A stretch of DNA of 34,197 bases from a virus (lineage: Duplodnaviria > Caudoviricetes), in IMG/VR virus record IMGVR_UViG_3300012953_007610, positions 1 through 34,197 of that record. One strand, 5' to 3'. The position numbers and the translations under genes are program-made. Under the pieces are notes generated by a model that worked only from the letters and a program-made list of their open reading frames with translations, was not told the DNA's origin and did no database searches. Of the stretch, positions 16,922 through 25,387 are shown piece by piece; position 1 is the first letter of the stretch; every line of letters begins with the position of its first letter.

Positions 16922-18078
16922 TGAAAAATGTAGTAATTCGTGCACCATTACTAACAATGTCAGGGTATGGTGTCCACTCCAGACAAGTCTTTAGATGGTT
17001 AGAAACTAAGGATATAAAAATACACTCTCAATGTCTTCCCTGGGGTATCACTCCATGGTATGTTAATCCAGATAAATTAGACGGTTTGGTCGGTCGAATT
17101 ATGCAAACGGCCCAACCTCCGAATTCTAAACCAGATATTTCTTTTCAAGTTCAGCTTCCTAATGAATGGGATCCCAATATAGCAAATTATAATGTCGGTA
17201 TAACCGCCGCAGTTGAAGCAGACAAGTGTAATCCAGAGTGGATAAACTGCTGTAACAAGATGGATAAAATAATTGTACCTTCTACGTTTACCAAAGAGTG
17301 CTTAGAGAATTCTGGGAAATTATTAGTTCCAATAGAAGTCATTCCAGAAGCTTTTTTTGAGTGCTTAGCTGACGAAAATAATGAAAAACATTTAGATTTG
17401 AATCTATCTACAGATTTTAATCTATTAATATTTGGCCAAGTGACAGGGAACAATCCCTATTCGGATAGAAAAAATACATTTTTTATGATAAAGTGGCTAT
17501 GCGAAGAATTTGCTGATAACCCTGATGTTGGTATCATCATTAAAACTAACCAAGGTAGAAACTCCACTTCTGACAGGATCATGACGTCTAGGATGATAGA
17601 TAAACTTTTATCAGAAGTCCGTAAGGGAGAATATCCAAAAGTTTATATGTTGCACGGTGCTTTAGAGCCAGAAGAAATTCAAAGTGTATATCAAAACAAA
17701 AAAGTCAAAGCCTTAGTTTCTGCAACAAGAGGTGAGGGGTATGGTTTGCCTCTTCTAGAAGCCGCTACAGCTGGATTGCCTGTTATGGCTACTAATTTTT
17801 CTGGCCATCTAGATTTTTTGAATAACGGGAATTTTATAAAATTTGATTATGATTTATCTCCAGTTCACCAATCTAGAATTGATGGGCAGATATTTGTACC
17901 GGGCACGAAATGGGCCGAAGTAAAAGAAGAAGACTTTAAGAGTAAAGTCAAAAAGTTTTACAAATCGTCTCAAAAGCCAAAAGAATGGGCAAAAGAACTA
18001 TCATCGGTTTTAAAGTCGAAATACTCTCAAAGCTCCATTAATAACTTATATTCAAAATCTTTTAGTAAGGTATTATGA
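16921..18078 (+). CDS. Glycosyltransferase family 4
   Basis: SGYGVHSR, IIVPSTF, DRKN, TRGEGYGLPLLEAATAGLPVMATNFSGHLDF. ATG 16921 follows GGAGG in a TAATG overlap (track start 16900). Confidence 0.9.
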   Translation: MKNVVIRAPLLTMSGYGVHSRQVFRWLETKDIKIHSQCLPWGITPWYVNPDKLDGLVGRIMQTAQPPNSKPDISFQVQLPNEWDPNIANYNVGITAAVEADKCNPEWINCCNKMDKIIVPSTFTKECLENSGKLLVPIEVIPEAFFECLADENNEKHLDLNLSTDFNLLIFGQVTGNNPYSDRKNTFFMIKWLCEEFADNPDVGIIIKTNQGRNSTSDRIMTSRMIDKLLSEVRKGEYPKVYMLHGALEPEEIQSVYQNKKVKALVSATRGEGYGLPLLEAATAGLPVMATNFSGHLDFLNNGNFIKFDYDLSPVHQSRIDGQIFVPGTKWAEVKEEDFKSKVKKFYKSSQKPKEWAKELSSVLKSKYSQSSINNLYSKSFSKVL

Positions 18079-18389
18079 GTACTCTAACTATAATTCTTAT
18101 TTCTGTAATCGCAGTGCTGGTTTTTTTCTTATCAATATCTGTGTATTTCAACATCAAGCATGGAATAATAATATTGAAGTTTGTCGATTCTATCGAAGAA
18201 ACTTTAGATATTCTGGATCAAAGATATGATTCAATTTCTCAAGTATTAGAGATTCCTCTTTTTTATGACAGCCCTCAAGTGAGACAAGTTGTAGATGATG
18301 TCAGAATTTGCAGAGATTCCTTGCTGAAGTCAGCGAATATTTTATCCAAAGTCAGCCAGGAAGAAGATGAAGAAAAAACGAGTAATTAG
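18075..18389 (+). CDS. Hypothetical protein with single N-terminal transmembrane helix
   Basis: Hydrophobic LTIILISVIAVLVFFLSISVYF followed by a helical acidic region. ATGA overlap. Confidence 0.7.
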   Translation: MSTLTIILISVIAVLVFFLSISVYFNIKHGIIILKFVDSIEETLDILDQRYDSISQVLEIPLFYDSPQVRQVVDDVRICRDSLLKSANILSKVSQEEDEEKTSN

Positions 18390-19086
18390 AAGATCTAAGG
18401 GTAAAAAGAGAAATCTTTATTTCACCAACGAAACCCAAGCAGCAATAGTAAGATATCAGCAGTCAGCTTGTGAAGATGAAAAAAACAAAATCTACCACAA
18501 AGACATAATGCCAGCTTTTCATAAGCTGGTAGAAAATTTAATTCTTATTTATGGTTTTGCTAGATATGAAACGTTTGAAGTCTTGAAGACAGATTGCGTT
18601 TCTTTTTGTTACGAAACTCTTTATAAGTTTGATGAAAGTAAGGGAACAAAAGCTTTTTCTTACTTTAATGTTGTCGCTAAAAACTGGTTAATATTAAACT
18701 CAAGAAGAAGAAAAAGACAAGTAATAGGACACCTAAGCATGTCTAATCTCCAGTACATGAACTCTGAAGATAAACACGCTGTAGCAACCCATCAAGTAGC
18801 TCCATCTCCAGACGATGAAATGATTTCAAAAGAATATCGTGGAGAAATCATGAAAATACTATTTAGTATAAAGGAAAAGATTGAAAAAAAGAACGATGTA
18901 GCTTGCATTGATGCAATAATAAGGGTTTTTGAAATGGTGGATCAGTTAGACTTCTTAAATAAAAGAGCAATTTTTGTTTATGTGAGAGAGATCAGCGGAT
19001 TAAATTCAAAACAGCTTTCTTCATCGATGTCCACAATAAGGAAACATTATAGAGAAATAAAGAAAGATGACAAATTCTTTTTATAG
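18367..19086 (+). CDS. Divergent phage sigma-70-like factor (possible late sigma)
   Basis: Region-2-like ETLYKFDESKGTKAFSYFNVVAKNW, C-terminal HTH-like VREISGLNSKQLSSSMSTIRK, basic N-terminus. Confidence 0.6.
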   Translation: MKKKRVIRRSKGKKRNLYFTNETQAAIVRYQQSACEDEKNKIYHKDIMPAFHKLVENLILIYGFARYETFEVLKTDCVSFCYETLYKFDESKGTKAFSYFNVVAKNWLILNSRRRKRQVIGHLSMSNLQYMNSEDKHAVATHQVAPSPDDEMISKEYRGEIMKILFSIKEKIEKKNDVACIDAIIRVFEMVDQLDFLNKRAIFVYVREISGLNSKQLSSSMSTIRKHYREIKKDDKFFL

Positions 19087-19094
19087 GAAACAAA

Positions 19095-19448
19095 ATGGAA
19101 GATTTAATAGCCCGGATAGAAAAATCAAAACAAAAAGTAAAAGATTTTGCTGATTTGTTAGACTCTATAGATTCAGTAGAGGGAAAAAAGAAAGCCCTAT
19201 GGAAAGAAATTTATGAGAACGCTATCAACGACAGAGAAAACGCATATATTCTGTTTAATGAAGCATATTCAGCAATGACAAACACAGCGGCTGAACATAT
19301 TTCAGTTGGCCCAATACTTAACAAGTATCTAGAGAGAATGAATAAATCTAATGAACAGCTGCTTAAATTAGCTGATTTAATTGCCAAGGCTGAAGATCAA
19401 TCTTCAAAAATAGATCCGGATGATCTATTTTCTAAAATAACAGATTAA
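19095..19448 (+). CDS. Hypothetical helical/coiled-coil protein
   Basis: 117-aa ORF with AGGA SD, tightly packed in the operon. No recognised motif. Confidence 0.7.
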   Translation: MEDLIARIEKSKQKVKDFADLLDSIDSVEGKKKALWKEIYENAINDRENAYILFNEAYSAMTNTAAEHISVGPILNKYLERMNKSNEQLLKLADLIAKAEDQSSKIDPDDLFSKITD

Positions 19449-19462
19449 TAGAGGTATAAAAA

Positions 19463-21118
19463 ATGGGTGACGCTAGAGCTAAAATGTCTACACCTGGAAG
19501 TGGTGCACAAGGCGCCATGATGGGCGCCAATGGTGGCGGAGGTAGAGTATTATATAAAGCTGTGGTTGTTGCTTATTTTAATGATCCTTCGTTTTTTGAT
19601 TTTAATGAGCTAGATAAAAAATTCGGAACCGATGTTCAAGATAGAGAAGATGACTCTTATGCAGCGTTCCGCGTCAGTAACCCACAGTTTCTTCGAGATG
19701 CTCCCCGAAACGCATGTGTGGTTAGACCTATATCTCAAGGGTATGATAAACAGCAGCCCCCAATAGTGGCTTATCCATTTTTTCCACCTCATCTTTCTTT
19801 TCCGGTAAAACCTGGAGAACAAGTTTGGTTAATAACAGAATCTCCATCCAGTATTGGTGAGCTTCCGATGTGGATGTGCAGAGTTCCAGAAACAATGCAG
19901 GTTGATGATGTTAATTTTACCCATGGTGATAGAAAACTTGGAACTGTTACAAATTTAAGCACCAGCGAAAGAGCTGAGGGTGGTGAAGAAGACTCTGGAA
20001 ATAAAATACCTGGATTCCCAAACGGGACAGATAAGTCTGCTGCTGAAGCTAGCTTAAAACCAGAGTTAGGAAATAATGAAGAGACACCATTTGAAGAACA
20101 AGATAATTCTTATGATGTAATAGTAAAAGCCTCAAATAGTTATGTGAATGATTTCACCAGAGAAAATGTCCCGAGGTTTACTAAGAGACCAGGCGATTTT
20201 GTAATTCAAGGTTCTAATAATACTGCATTAATATTGGGCGAAGACAGAGGTTACACGCCAAAAGATATAATCTCAAATATGGAAAATAGTAATGCATTAA
20301 CAGACTATACAGAATTACCAGGCTTCAAAGGAACAATAGACATAGTCGCCGGCCGCGGCAGATTTTTTGGAGACCTGATTTCAGAAACGACAAAAACAGC
20401 TAAAGGAGCAGATCCAGAAAATACTCAACCAAGGCTAATTGCTAATGAAAGAAAGGATGGAGAAAGCTGGATAGAAACCGATAAAAATCCTGTGGCTAAT
20501 GAATTAGATGCTGTTATTCCAGAGGGCGATCCAGATTTTGTTCGAGACTGTTCCAGAGTTTATGTTTCTATGAAAACTAAAGGAGACTATAATTTTGGGG
20601 TAAGCAACGCTTCTGTAACAGATTCAATGCCGACCGGCTTTGAAGCAGAAATTGCAGATGTTGAGGATGTTCCTTTTGTTGTAGCTAAATCTGACGAAGT
20701 TAGAATTATAGCAAGAAAAGATAATGATAATGATATTAATGGTAGTGTAAGAATTATTAAGCAGGGAACTAAAGATGATGATTTAGCAGCAATAGTTCTT
20801 TTACCAGATGGTACAATTCAGATCAGTGGTAGTAAGATATATTTGGGCAGAACTACAGATGATGGCGGTGCTGGAAATGGTCCAGGAGAGGGTGAATCCC
20901 AACCGTATGTAAAATATCAAGAATTAGAAGACTTATGGAATTCATTTATGGATGAGCTTTCTAGTTTTTGTGATACAGTTTTAACTCACACGACCCCGGG
21001 GTATGGAGCCCCTTCACCGCAACTTAATAGCGCAGCAACAACGCTAAAATCTGCAATTAGCTCCACACATAAACCGAATATTTCTACTGTGCAGTCTGAA
21101 AGAATATTTGGAGAATAG
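19463..21118 (+). CDS. Putative baseplate central spike/hub protein (gp5/gpV-like)
   Basis: OB-fold-like AYPFFPPHLSFPVKPGEQVWLI, PGDFVIQGSNN, beta-rich IQISGSKIYLG and terminal THTTP. It lies upstream of the gp25- and gp6-like genes. Confidence 0.55.
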   Translation: MGDARAKMSTPGSGAQGAMMGANGGGGRVLYKAVVVAYFNDPSFFDFNELDKKFGTDVQDREDDSYAAFRVSNPQFLRDAPRNACVVRPISQGYDKQQPPIVAYPFFPPHLSFPVKPGEQVWLITESPSSIGELPMWMCRVPETMQVDDVNFTHGDRKLGTVTNLSTSERAEGGEEDSGNKIPGFPNGTDKSAAEASLKPELGNNEETPFEEQDNSYDVIVKASNSYVNDFTRENVPRFTKRPGDFVIQGSNNTALILGEDRGYTPKDIISNMENSNALTDYTELPGFKGTIDIVAGRGRFFGDLISETTKTAKGADPENTQPRLIANERKDGESWIETDKNPVANELDAVIPEGDPDFVRDCSRVYVSMKTKGDYNFGVSNASVTDSMPTGFEAEIADVEDVPFVVAKSDEVRIIARKDNDNDINGSVRIIKQGTKDDDLAAIVLLPDGTIQISGSKIYLGRTTDDGGAGNGPGEGESQPYVKYQELEDLWNSFMDELSSFCDTVLTHTTPGYGAPSPQLNSAATTLKSAISSTHKPNISTVQSERIFGE

Positions 21119-21127
21119 GAGAGAGAT

Positions 21128-21412
21128 ATGCCACTTTCAGTAGCAAAAAACCCGCTTCAGCAAATGATAGAAACTGCGTTTTTAAATGTTTTAGAAGCTG
21201 GAAAAGAAGATGGAGCAAATCCAGAACAAATAATTGCGGACTTAGCATCGGAATTAGCTAATGCTATAGACATGTATACTACTAGTGCATTAGTAATAAC
21301 AGACCCAGGTCAGCTAGTAAATACGGCGGTTCTTACTGCCGGCACTCCGGTAGCCCATGCAGGCACAGGTGTAGGAGCTACAACAGCTCCGGGAACAGGG
21401 AAGTTAACCTAA
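21128..21412 (+). CDS. Small hypothetical virion protein (spike-associated position)
   Basis: 94 aa with a helical N-half (LASELANAIDMY) and G/T/A/P-rich C-half. AGGAG SD. Confidence 0.6.
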   Translation: MPLSVAKNPLQQMIETAFLNVLEAGKEDGANPEQIIADLASELANAIDMYTTSALVITDPGQLVNTAVLTAGTPVAHAGTGVGATTAPGTGKLT

Positions 21413-21421
21413 TGTTTAAAC

Positions 21422-21450
21422 TTTCCACATAAACTCACGTGAAAGATAAT
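21422..21450 (+). promoter_or_regulatory. Candidate promoter upstream of baseplate wedge genes
   Basis: TTTCCA-17bp-GATAAT in a 62-bp gap that also contains the palindrome TCACGTGA (21435-21442). Confidence 0.3.
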
Positions 21451-21474
21451 TATTTACGGTAATGGATGGTTTAA

Positions 21475-21975
21475 ATGGCTGAGCAAAATCAAAATTTCAA
21501 AGTATACGATTTCCAATCTGTTGGAGAATCACTGGTTTCCTTTCAGAAAAATCGGAGACTAGGTGAAACTGTAAAGACTCCAATTGGAATAGCTACCCCA
21601 ATGGAGTTAGCCACCGGCGAGGGTGGATTATTTGTTATGCATAAGGATTTAGGATCTCAAGTCGCTGATAATTTGAGAAATTTAATCTTGACAAATCATG
21701 GAGAAAGATTGGGCCAATATGATTTTGGTGCGAACTTACAAGAACTTACGCTAGAATTGGGAAATGAAAATTTTGATACAGAAGCAATTAGAAGAATTAA
21801 AACTGCATGCGCTAAATACATGCCGTTCGTTAACTTGAGTACTTTTGAGCCATTTAAAGAGAACCAAGGTTCTAGCGGTGGAATAGCAAAAGTCGGAATA
21901 AGGGTAACATACTCAGTACCTTTAGCTCAATCAGGATTAAAACAAATAGAAGTGATTCTATATACGGCAGGATAA
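21475..21975 (+). CDS. Baseplate wedge protein, gp25/GpW family
   Basis: QVADNLRNLILTNHGERLGQYDFGANL...KYMPFVNL. Confidence 0.9.
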   Translation: MAEQNQNFKVYDFQSVGESLVSFQKNRRLGETVKTPIGIATPMELATGEGGLFVMHKDLGSQVADNLRNLILTNHGERLGQYDFGANLQELTLELGNENFDTEAIRRIKTACAKYMPFVNLSTFEPFKENQGSSGGIAKVGIRVTYSVPLAQSGLKQIEVILYTAG

Positions 21976-21976
21976 T

Positions 21977-23818
21977 ATGGCAGCACCAACAAAAACAAAA
22001 AAATTAACTAACAAAAGCTATCTTGGAAAAGACTTTAATTCTTTTAGACAAGACTTGGTTACATACTCTAGAAATTATTTTTCTAATCAAATCCAAGACT
22101 TTTCTGAAGCTGGTGTTGGAGGAATGTTTGTAGAGTTAGCTGCTTTCGTTGGCGATACAATGGCATTCTATTTAGATCACCAATTTAACGAGCTTAATCC
22201 AGAGACAGCTATAGAAGTTAGAAACGTTCAAATGCATGCTCGAAATGCTGGTGTTAAAATGACCGGAGCTGCACCTGCTGTAGCAGAAGTAACATTTTAT
22301 GTTGAAGTACCAGCTGCGGTTTTGAGTGATGGAACTTATTTTCCAGACATGAAAACTTTTCCAATTATTAAATCCACAACTCGCCTCATATCAAACTCAG
22401 GTATAAACTTTACTCTTACAGAGGACGTAAATTTTGGGGAATTAGATATTAATGGCCAGCTTTTAGCTGATTTTAATGTATCTACCACTGATTCTTCGGG
22501 AAATCCTGCAGCCTATATTCTAACTAGAAAATCAGCATGCATTTCAGGAAAAGTTAAAACAGATAGATTTAATATTCCGGATGTTTTAATTCCCTTTAGA
22601 AAAGTAACACTTACCCAAACTGATGTTACTGAAATTATTTCTGTAGTCGACGCTTCTGGAAACCAATATTATGAAGTAGAATCTTTATCTGAAGATACAG
22701 TATTTAAGAGGGTACAAAATTTAGGTTCTGACAGAGATGAAGTCGCTGCAACTTTAGAAGTTATTCCAGCTCCTTACCGCTACACAACTGCGATGGATTT
22801 TACAACTAGGCTAACTTCACTCCAATTTGGTTCTGGAGAAGCCCAAGCTACAGATGATGATATTATTCCAGACCCTAGCGATTTAGCTCTTCCACTATAT
22901 GGTAGGAAACAATTTTCTAAATTTTCTCTTGATCCAAACAGACTTTTAGGTACTCAGACACTGGGTATTTCTCCAAAAAACACTACTTTAATAGTAGATT
23001 ATCGATATGGAGGTGGGATAAATCACAATGTTAGTTCTGATTCAATAAGAAATATCTCTACGTTAGATATAATGTTTCCAATGGCGCCATCGACAGAAGC
23101 TCAAAATGCTGTTATCTCTTCTTTAGACGTTAAAAATAAATCCAACGCTTCTGGTGGATCTGCATCTTTAACGCTTCAGGAGTTGAGAAGCTTGGCAAAT
23201 CTTTCTAGAAATCAACAATCAAGAATTGTTACCCAACAAGATTTACTAGCTAGACTTTATACGTTGCCAGCAGTGTTCGGCAGAGTATACAGGGCTGGTC
23301 TTAGAAAAAATGAAGAAAATCCACTATCAACAGAACTTTATATAGCGTCACTAGATAAAAACAGTAATCTCACAATTTCGCCAGATTCTTTAAAGAAAAA
23401 CTTAAGAATTTATTTAAATGAGTTTAGATTAATTTCAGATGCAATCGATATTCTAGATGCTACAGTAATCAACTATAGAATTAATTTTAGTATAATCTGT
23501 ACTCCTTCTTCAAATAAGAGCTCTGTTTTGGCTAACGTTATTTCTGAAATTAAGAGAGTAAGCGACTTAAAATATTTTCAGATAGACCAACCAATTGTCG
23601 AAGCCGATGTTATTAATGCTATAATAAATACACCTGGAGTCTTATCTATGGTTTCTTTAGAGTTTTCTAATGTGTATGGAATTGTTGGAGGATACACTTA
23701 TTCAGATTTTCAATTTGATATGAACGCAAATCTCTATAAGGGATTAATCGTTGGACCTTATGGATCTATTTTCGAAATAAAGAATCCAGATTTTGATATT
23801 ACTGGAACGGCGGAGTAA
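21977..23818 (+). CDS. Baseplate wedge protein, T4 gp6/P2 J-like
   Basis: YLGKDFNSFRQDL, DFSEAGVGGMFVELAAFVGDTMAFYLD, LQFGSG, YRYGGG, ASGG, RIVTQQDL. Confidence 0.88.
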   Translation: MAAPTKTKKLTNKSYLGKDFNSFRQDLVTYSRNYFSNQIQDFSEAGVGGMFVELAAFVGDTMAFYLDHQFNELNPETAIEVRNVQMHARNAGVKMTGAAPAVAEVTFYVEVPAAVLSDGTYFPDMKTFPIIKSTTRLISNSGINFTLTEDVNFGELDINGQLLADFNVSTTDSSGNPAAYILTRKSACISGKVKTDRFNIPDVLIPFRKVTLTQTDVTEIISVVDASGNQYYEVESLSEDTVFKRVQNLGSDRDEVAATLEVIPAPYRYTTAMDFTTRLTSLQFGSGEAQATDDDIIPDPSDLALPLYGRKQFSKFSLDPNRLLGTQTLGISPKNTTLIVDYRYGGGINHNVSSDSIRNISTLDIMFPMAPSTEAQNAVISSLDVKNKSNASGGSASLTLQELRSLANLSRNQQSRIVTQQDLLARLYTLPAVFGRVYRAGLRKNEENPLSTELYIASLDKNSNLTISPDSLKKNLRIYLNEFRLISDAIDILDATVINYRINFSIICTPSSNKSSVLANVISEIKRVSDLKYFQIDQPIVEADVINAIINTPGVLSMVSLEFSNVYGIVGGYTYSDFQFDMNANLYKGLIVGPYGSIFEIKNPDFDITGTAE

Positions 23819-23821
23819 AGA

Positions 23822-25387
23822 ATGTATTATATCATAACAGCCAGTTTAGACACTTATATAACAGACAAAATTATTGATAATAGGTTCAGGGCTAGAGACG
23901 CCAATGTCGGTGAAGCTGGAACAGTAGATCTATTTAAACTGTATGATGAATCCGTTTGGGTATCCGGATCAACTAAGATCACGGGTTCAGTTACAGAAGA
24001 TTCAAAAGGTCTTATAAAGTTTGATTTAGGAGCTATTAATTCTTTAACAGCTTCTTCTTTAGATTTGAATTCATCAAATTTTCAAGCTAAATTAAAAATG
24101 TTTGATATCATGGCTGGTCAAGCTACTCCATCAAACTATAGTCTTATTTTATACCCCTTATCGCAATCATTTAGCGAGGGTATAGGAAGAGATGTCGCTT
24201 CTTTTAGCGATTTAGACGTTTCTAACTACATAACAGCTTCTATAAACAATGGTAGCCCTGTTTTGTGGCATCTTTCTGGTGCGAACAGTGGCGGAGAGCT
24301 TGGTGACGAAGAATTAGATTATATAGAGTATGCAACAGCAACCTCTCCTGGATTCCAGTCTTATGTTGATTTTGGATTTCCGCAGTATTTTAAAAATGGA
24401 AATGAAAACCTAGAAATTGATGTAACAACTTTTGTAAGTTCAGCTTTAGCAGAGCAAATTCCAAACCACGGATTTATATTATCTTTTTCGGGGTCTAACG
24501 CAACAGATAAAAAGAGTCGCTTTGTAAAGAGATTCGCTTCTCGCCATTCTTCAAACCCGTTTTTAGTTCCGCAACTTCATGTTTCTTGGGATGATAGTGT
24601 AACAGATAATCATAAAGATTTTGTTTTCGATCATAGTGGATCTTTGTTTTTAAGAAATTATGTAAGAGGCGTACCGGCAAATATCTTATCTGGAACCAGT
24701 GCTACAGAAATTACGGGTGATGAATGCATGACCCTAAAGATTCAGGTACAAGATTTTTCGAAAACATTTGACGTAGATCAACATTCGGCTGGAACAGATA
24801 ATAGCTCCATAGATGGTCTTTACTCTTCCTCTTTTGCAGTATCTACTTTTGATTCTACAGAAGTAAACGCTTCAGGAGAAGTCATAAGCGACCTGATACA
24901 AAAAAGTGGTTCTGTTACTTTTGACACTTATTGGATTTCTATAGATGAGACTATTGGGTTTCATACAGGTACGCTAGTTGTAGAACCCACAAGAAAATCT
25001 AGCTTTAAAAAGCAACCATCAGATTTAATCTTTAGGTTTATAAATTTAGAAACAGAATATAACAAAGAAGATGAAGTATACATAAGCGTTTTTGTCGAAG
25101 ACTTTTCTAAAGAAGATAAAGTCTACAAAATACCATACTCAAAAGAAAGCATTAGCTTAAGCCAAGTATACTATAGGGTTAGGGAGTTAAAATCGAATAG
25201 AGTAGTTATTCCTTTTGATGATAAGAAAGAATCTACTAAAATATCTTCGGACGATAACGGCCTATCATTTTATTTTAGAATGTCTAGTTTACCGAAAGGA
25301 TTTGTTTACGCTTTTGATCTTTTAGTAAAAGATTATGGAGAAAATAGGATTTATAACGAAGCTAGTGGTAGATTTAAGGTGGTATAA
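23822..25387 (+). CDS. Putative virion structural protein (beta-sandwich, DNRLRE/CBM96-like N-part)
   Basis: DTYI...LIKFDL...AKLKMF...EIDVT...PNHGFIL...FASR...PQLHV pattern, located in the baseplate operon. Confidence 0.55.
   Translation: MYYIITASLDTYITDKIIDNRFRARDANVGEAGTVDLFKLYDESVWVSGSTKITGSVTEDSKGLIKFDLGAINSLTASSLDLNSSNFQAKLKMFDIMAGQATPSNYSLILYPLSQSFSEGIGRDVASFSDLDVSNYITASINNGSPVLWHLSGANSGGELGDEELDYIEYATATSPGFQSYVDFGFPQYFKNGNENLEIDVTTFVSSALAEQIPNHGFILSFSGSNATDKKSRFVKRFASRHSSNPFLVPQLHVSWDDSVTDNHKDFVFDHSGSLFLRNYVRGVPANILSGTSATEITGDECMTLKIQVQDFSKTFDVDQHSAGTDNSSIDGLYSSSFAVSTFDSTEVNASGEVISDLIQKSGSVTFDTYWISIDETIGFHTGTLVVEPTRKSSFKKQPSDLIFRFINLETEYNKEDEVYISVFVEDFSKEDKVYKIPYSKESISLSQVYYRVRELKSNRVVIPFDDKKESTKISSDDNGLSFYFRMSSLPKGFVYAFDLLVKDYGENRIYNEASGRFKVV

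Noticed and set aside
1-18078. Ordinary bacterial capsule/O-antigen locus
   Set aside because: No wzx/wzy/wzz/ABC export or priming transferase in the window, and it runs into phage-type nuclease, sigma and baseplate genes. Not fully excluded because the upstream sequence is unseen.
1-18078. DNA hypermodification (glycosylated bases) cluster
   Set aside because: No thymidylate-synthase-like hydroxymethylase, TET/JBP oxygenase or deazaguanine genes are seen, and ten GT domains exceed typical DNA glycosylation systems. Disfavoured but not disproven.
21421-21445. Hairpin CTTTCCAC...GTGAAAG as a terminator
   Set aside because: Weak bulged AU-rich stem with a large loop and no proper U-tract.
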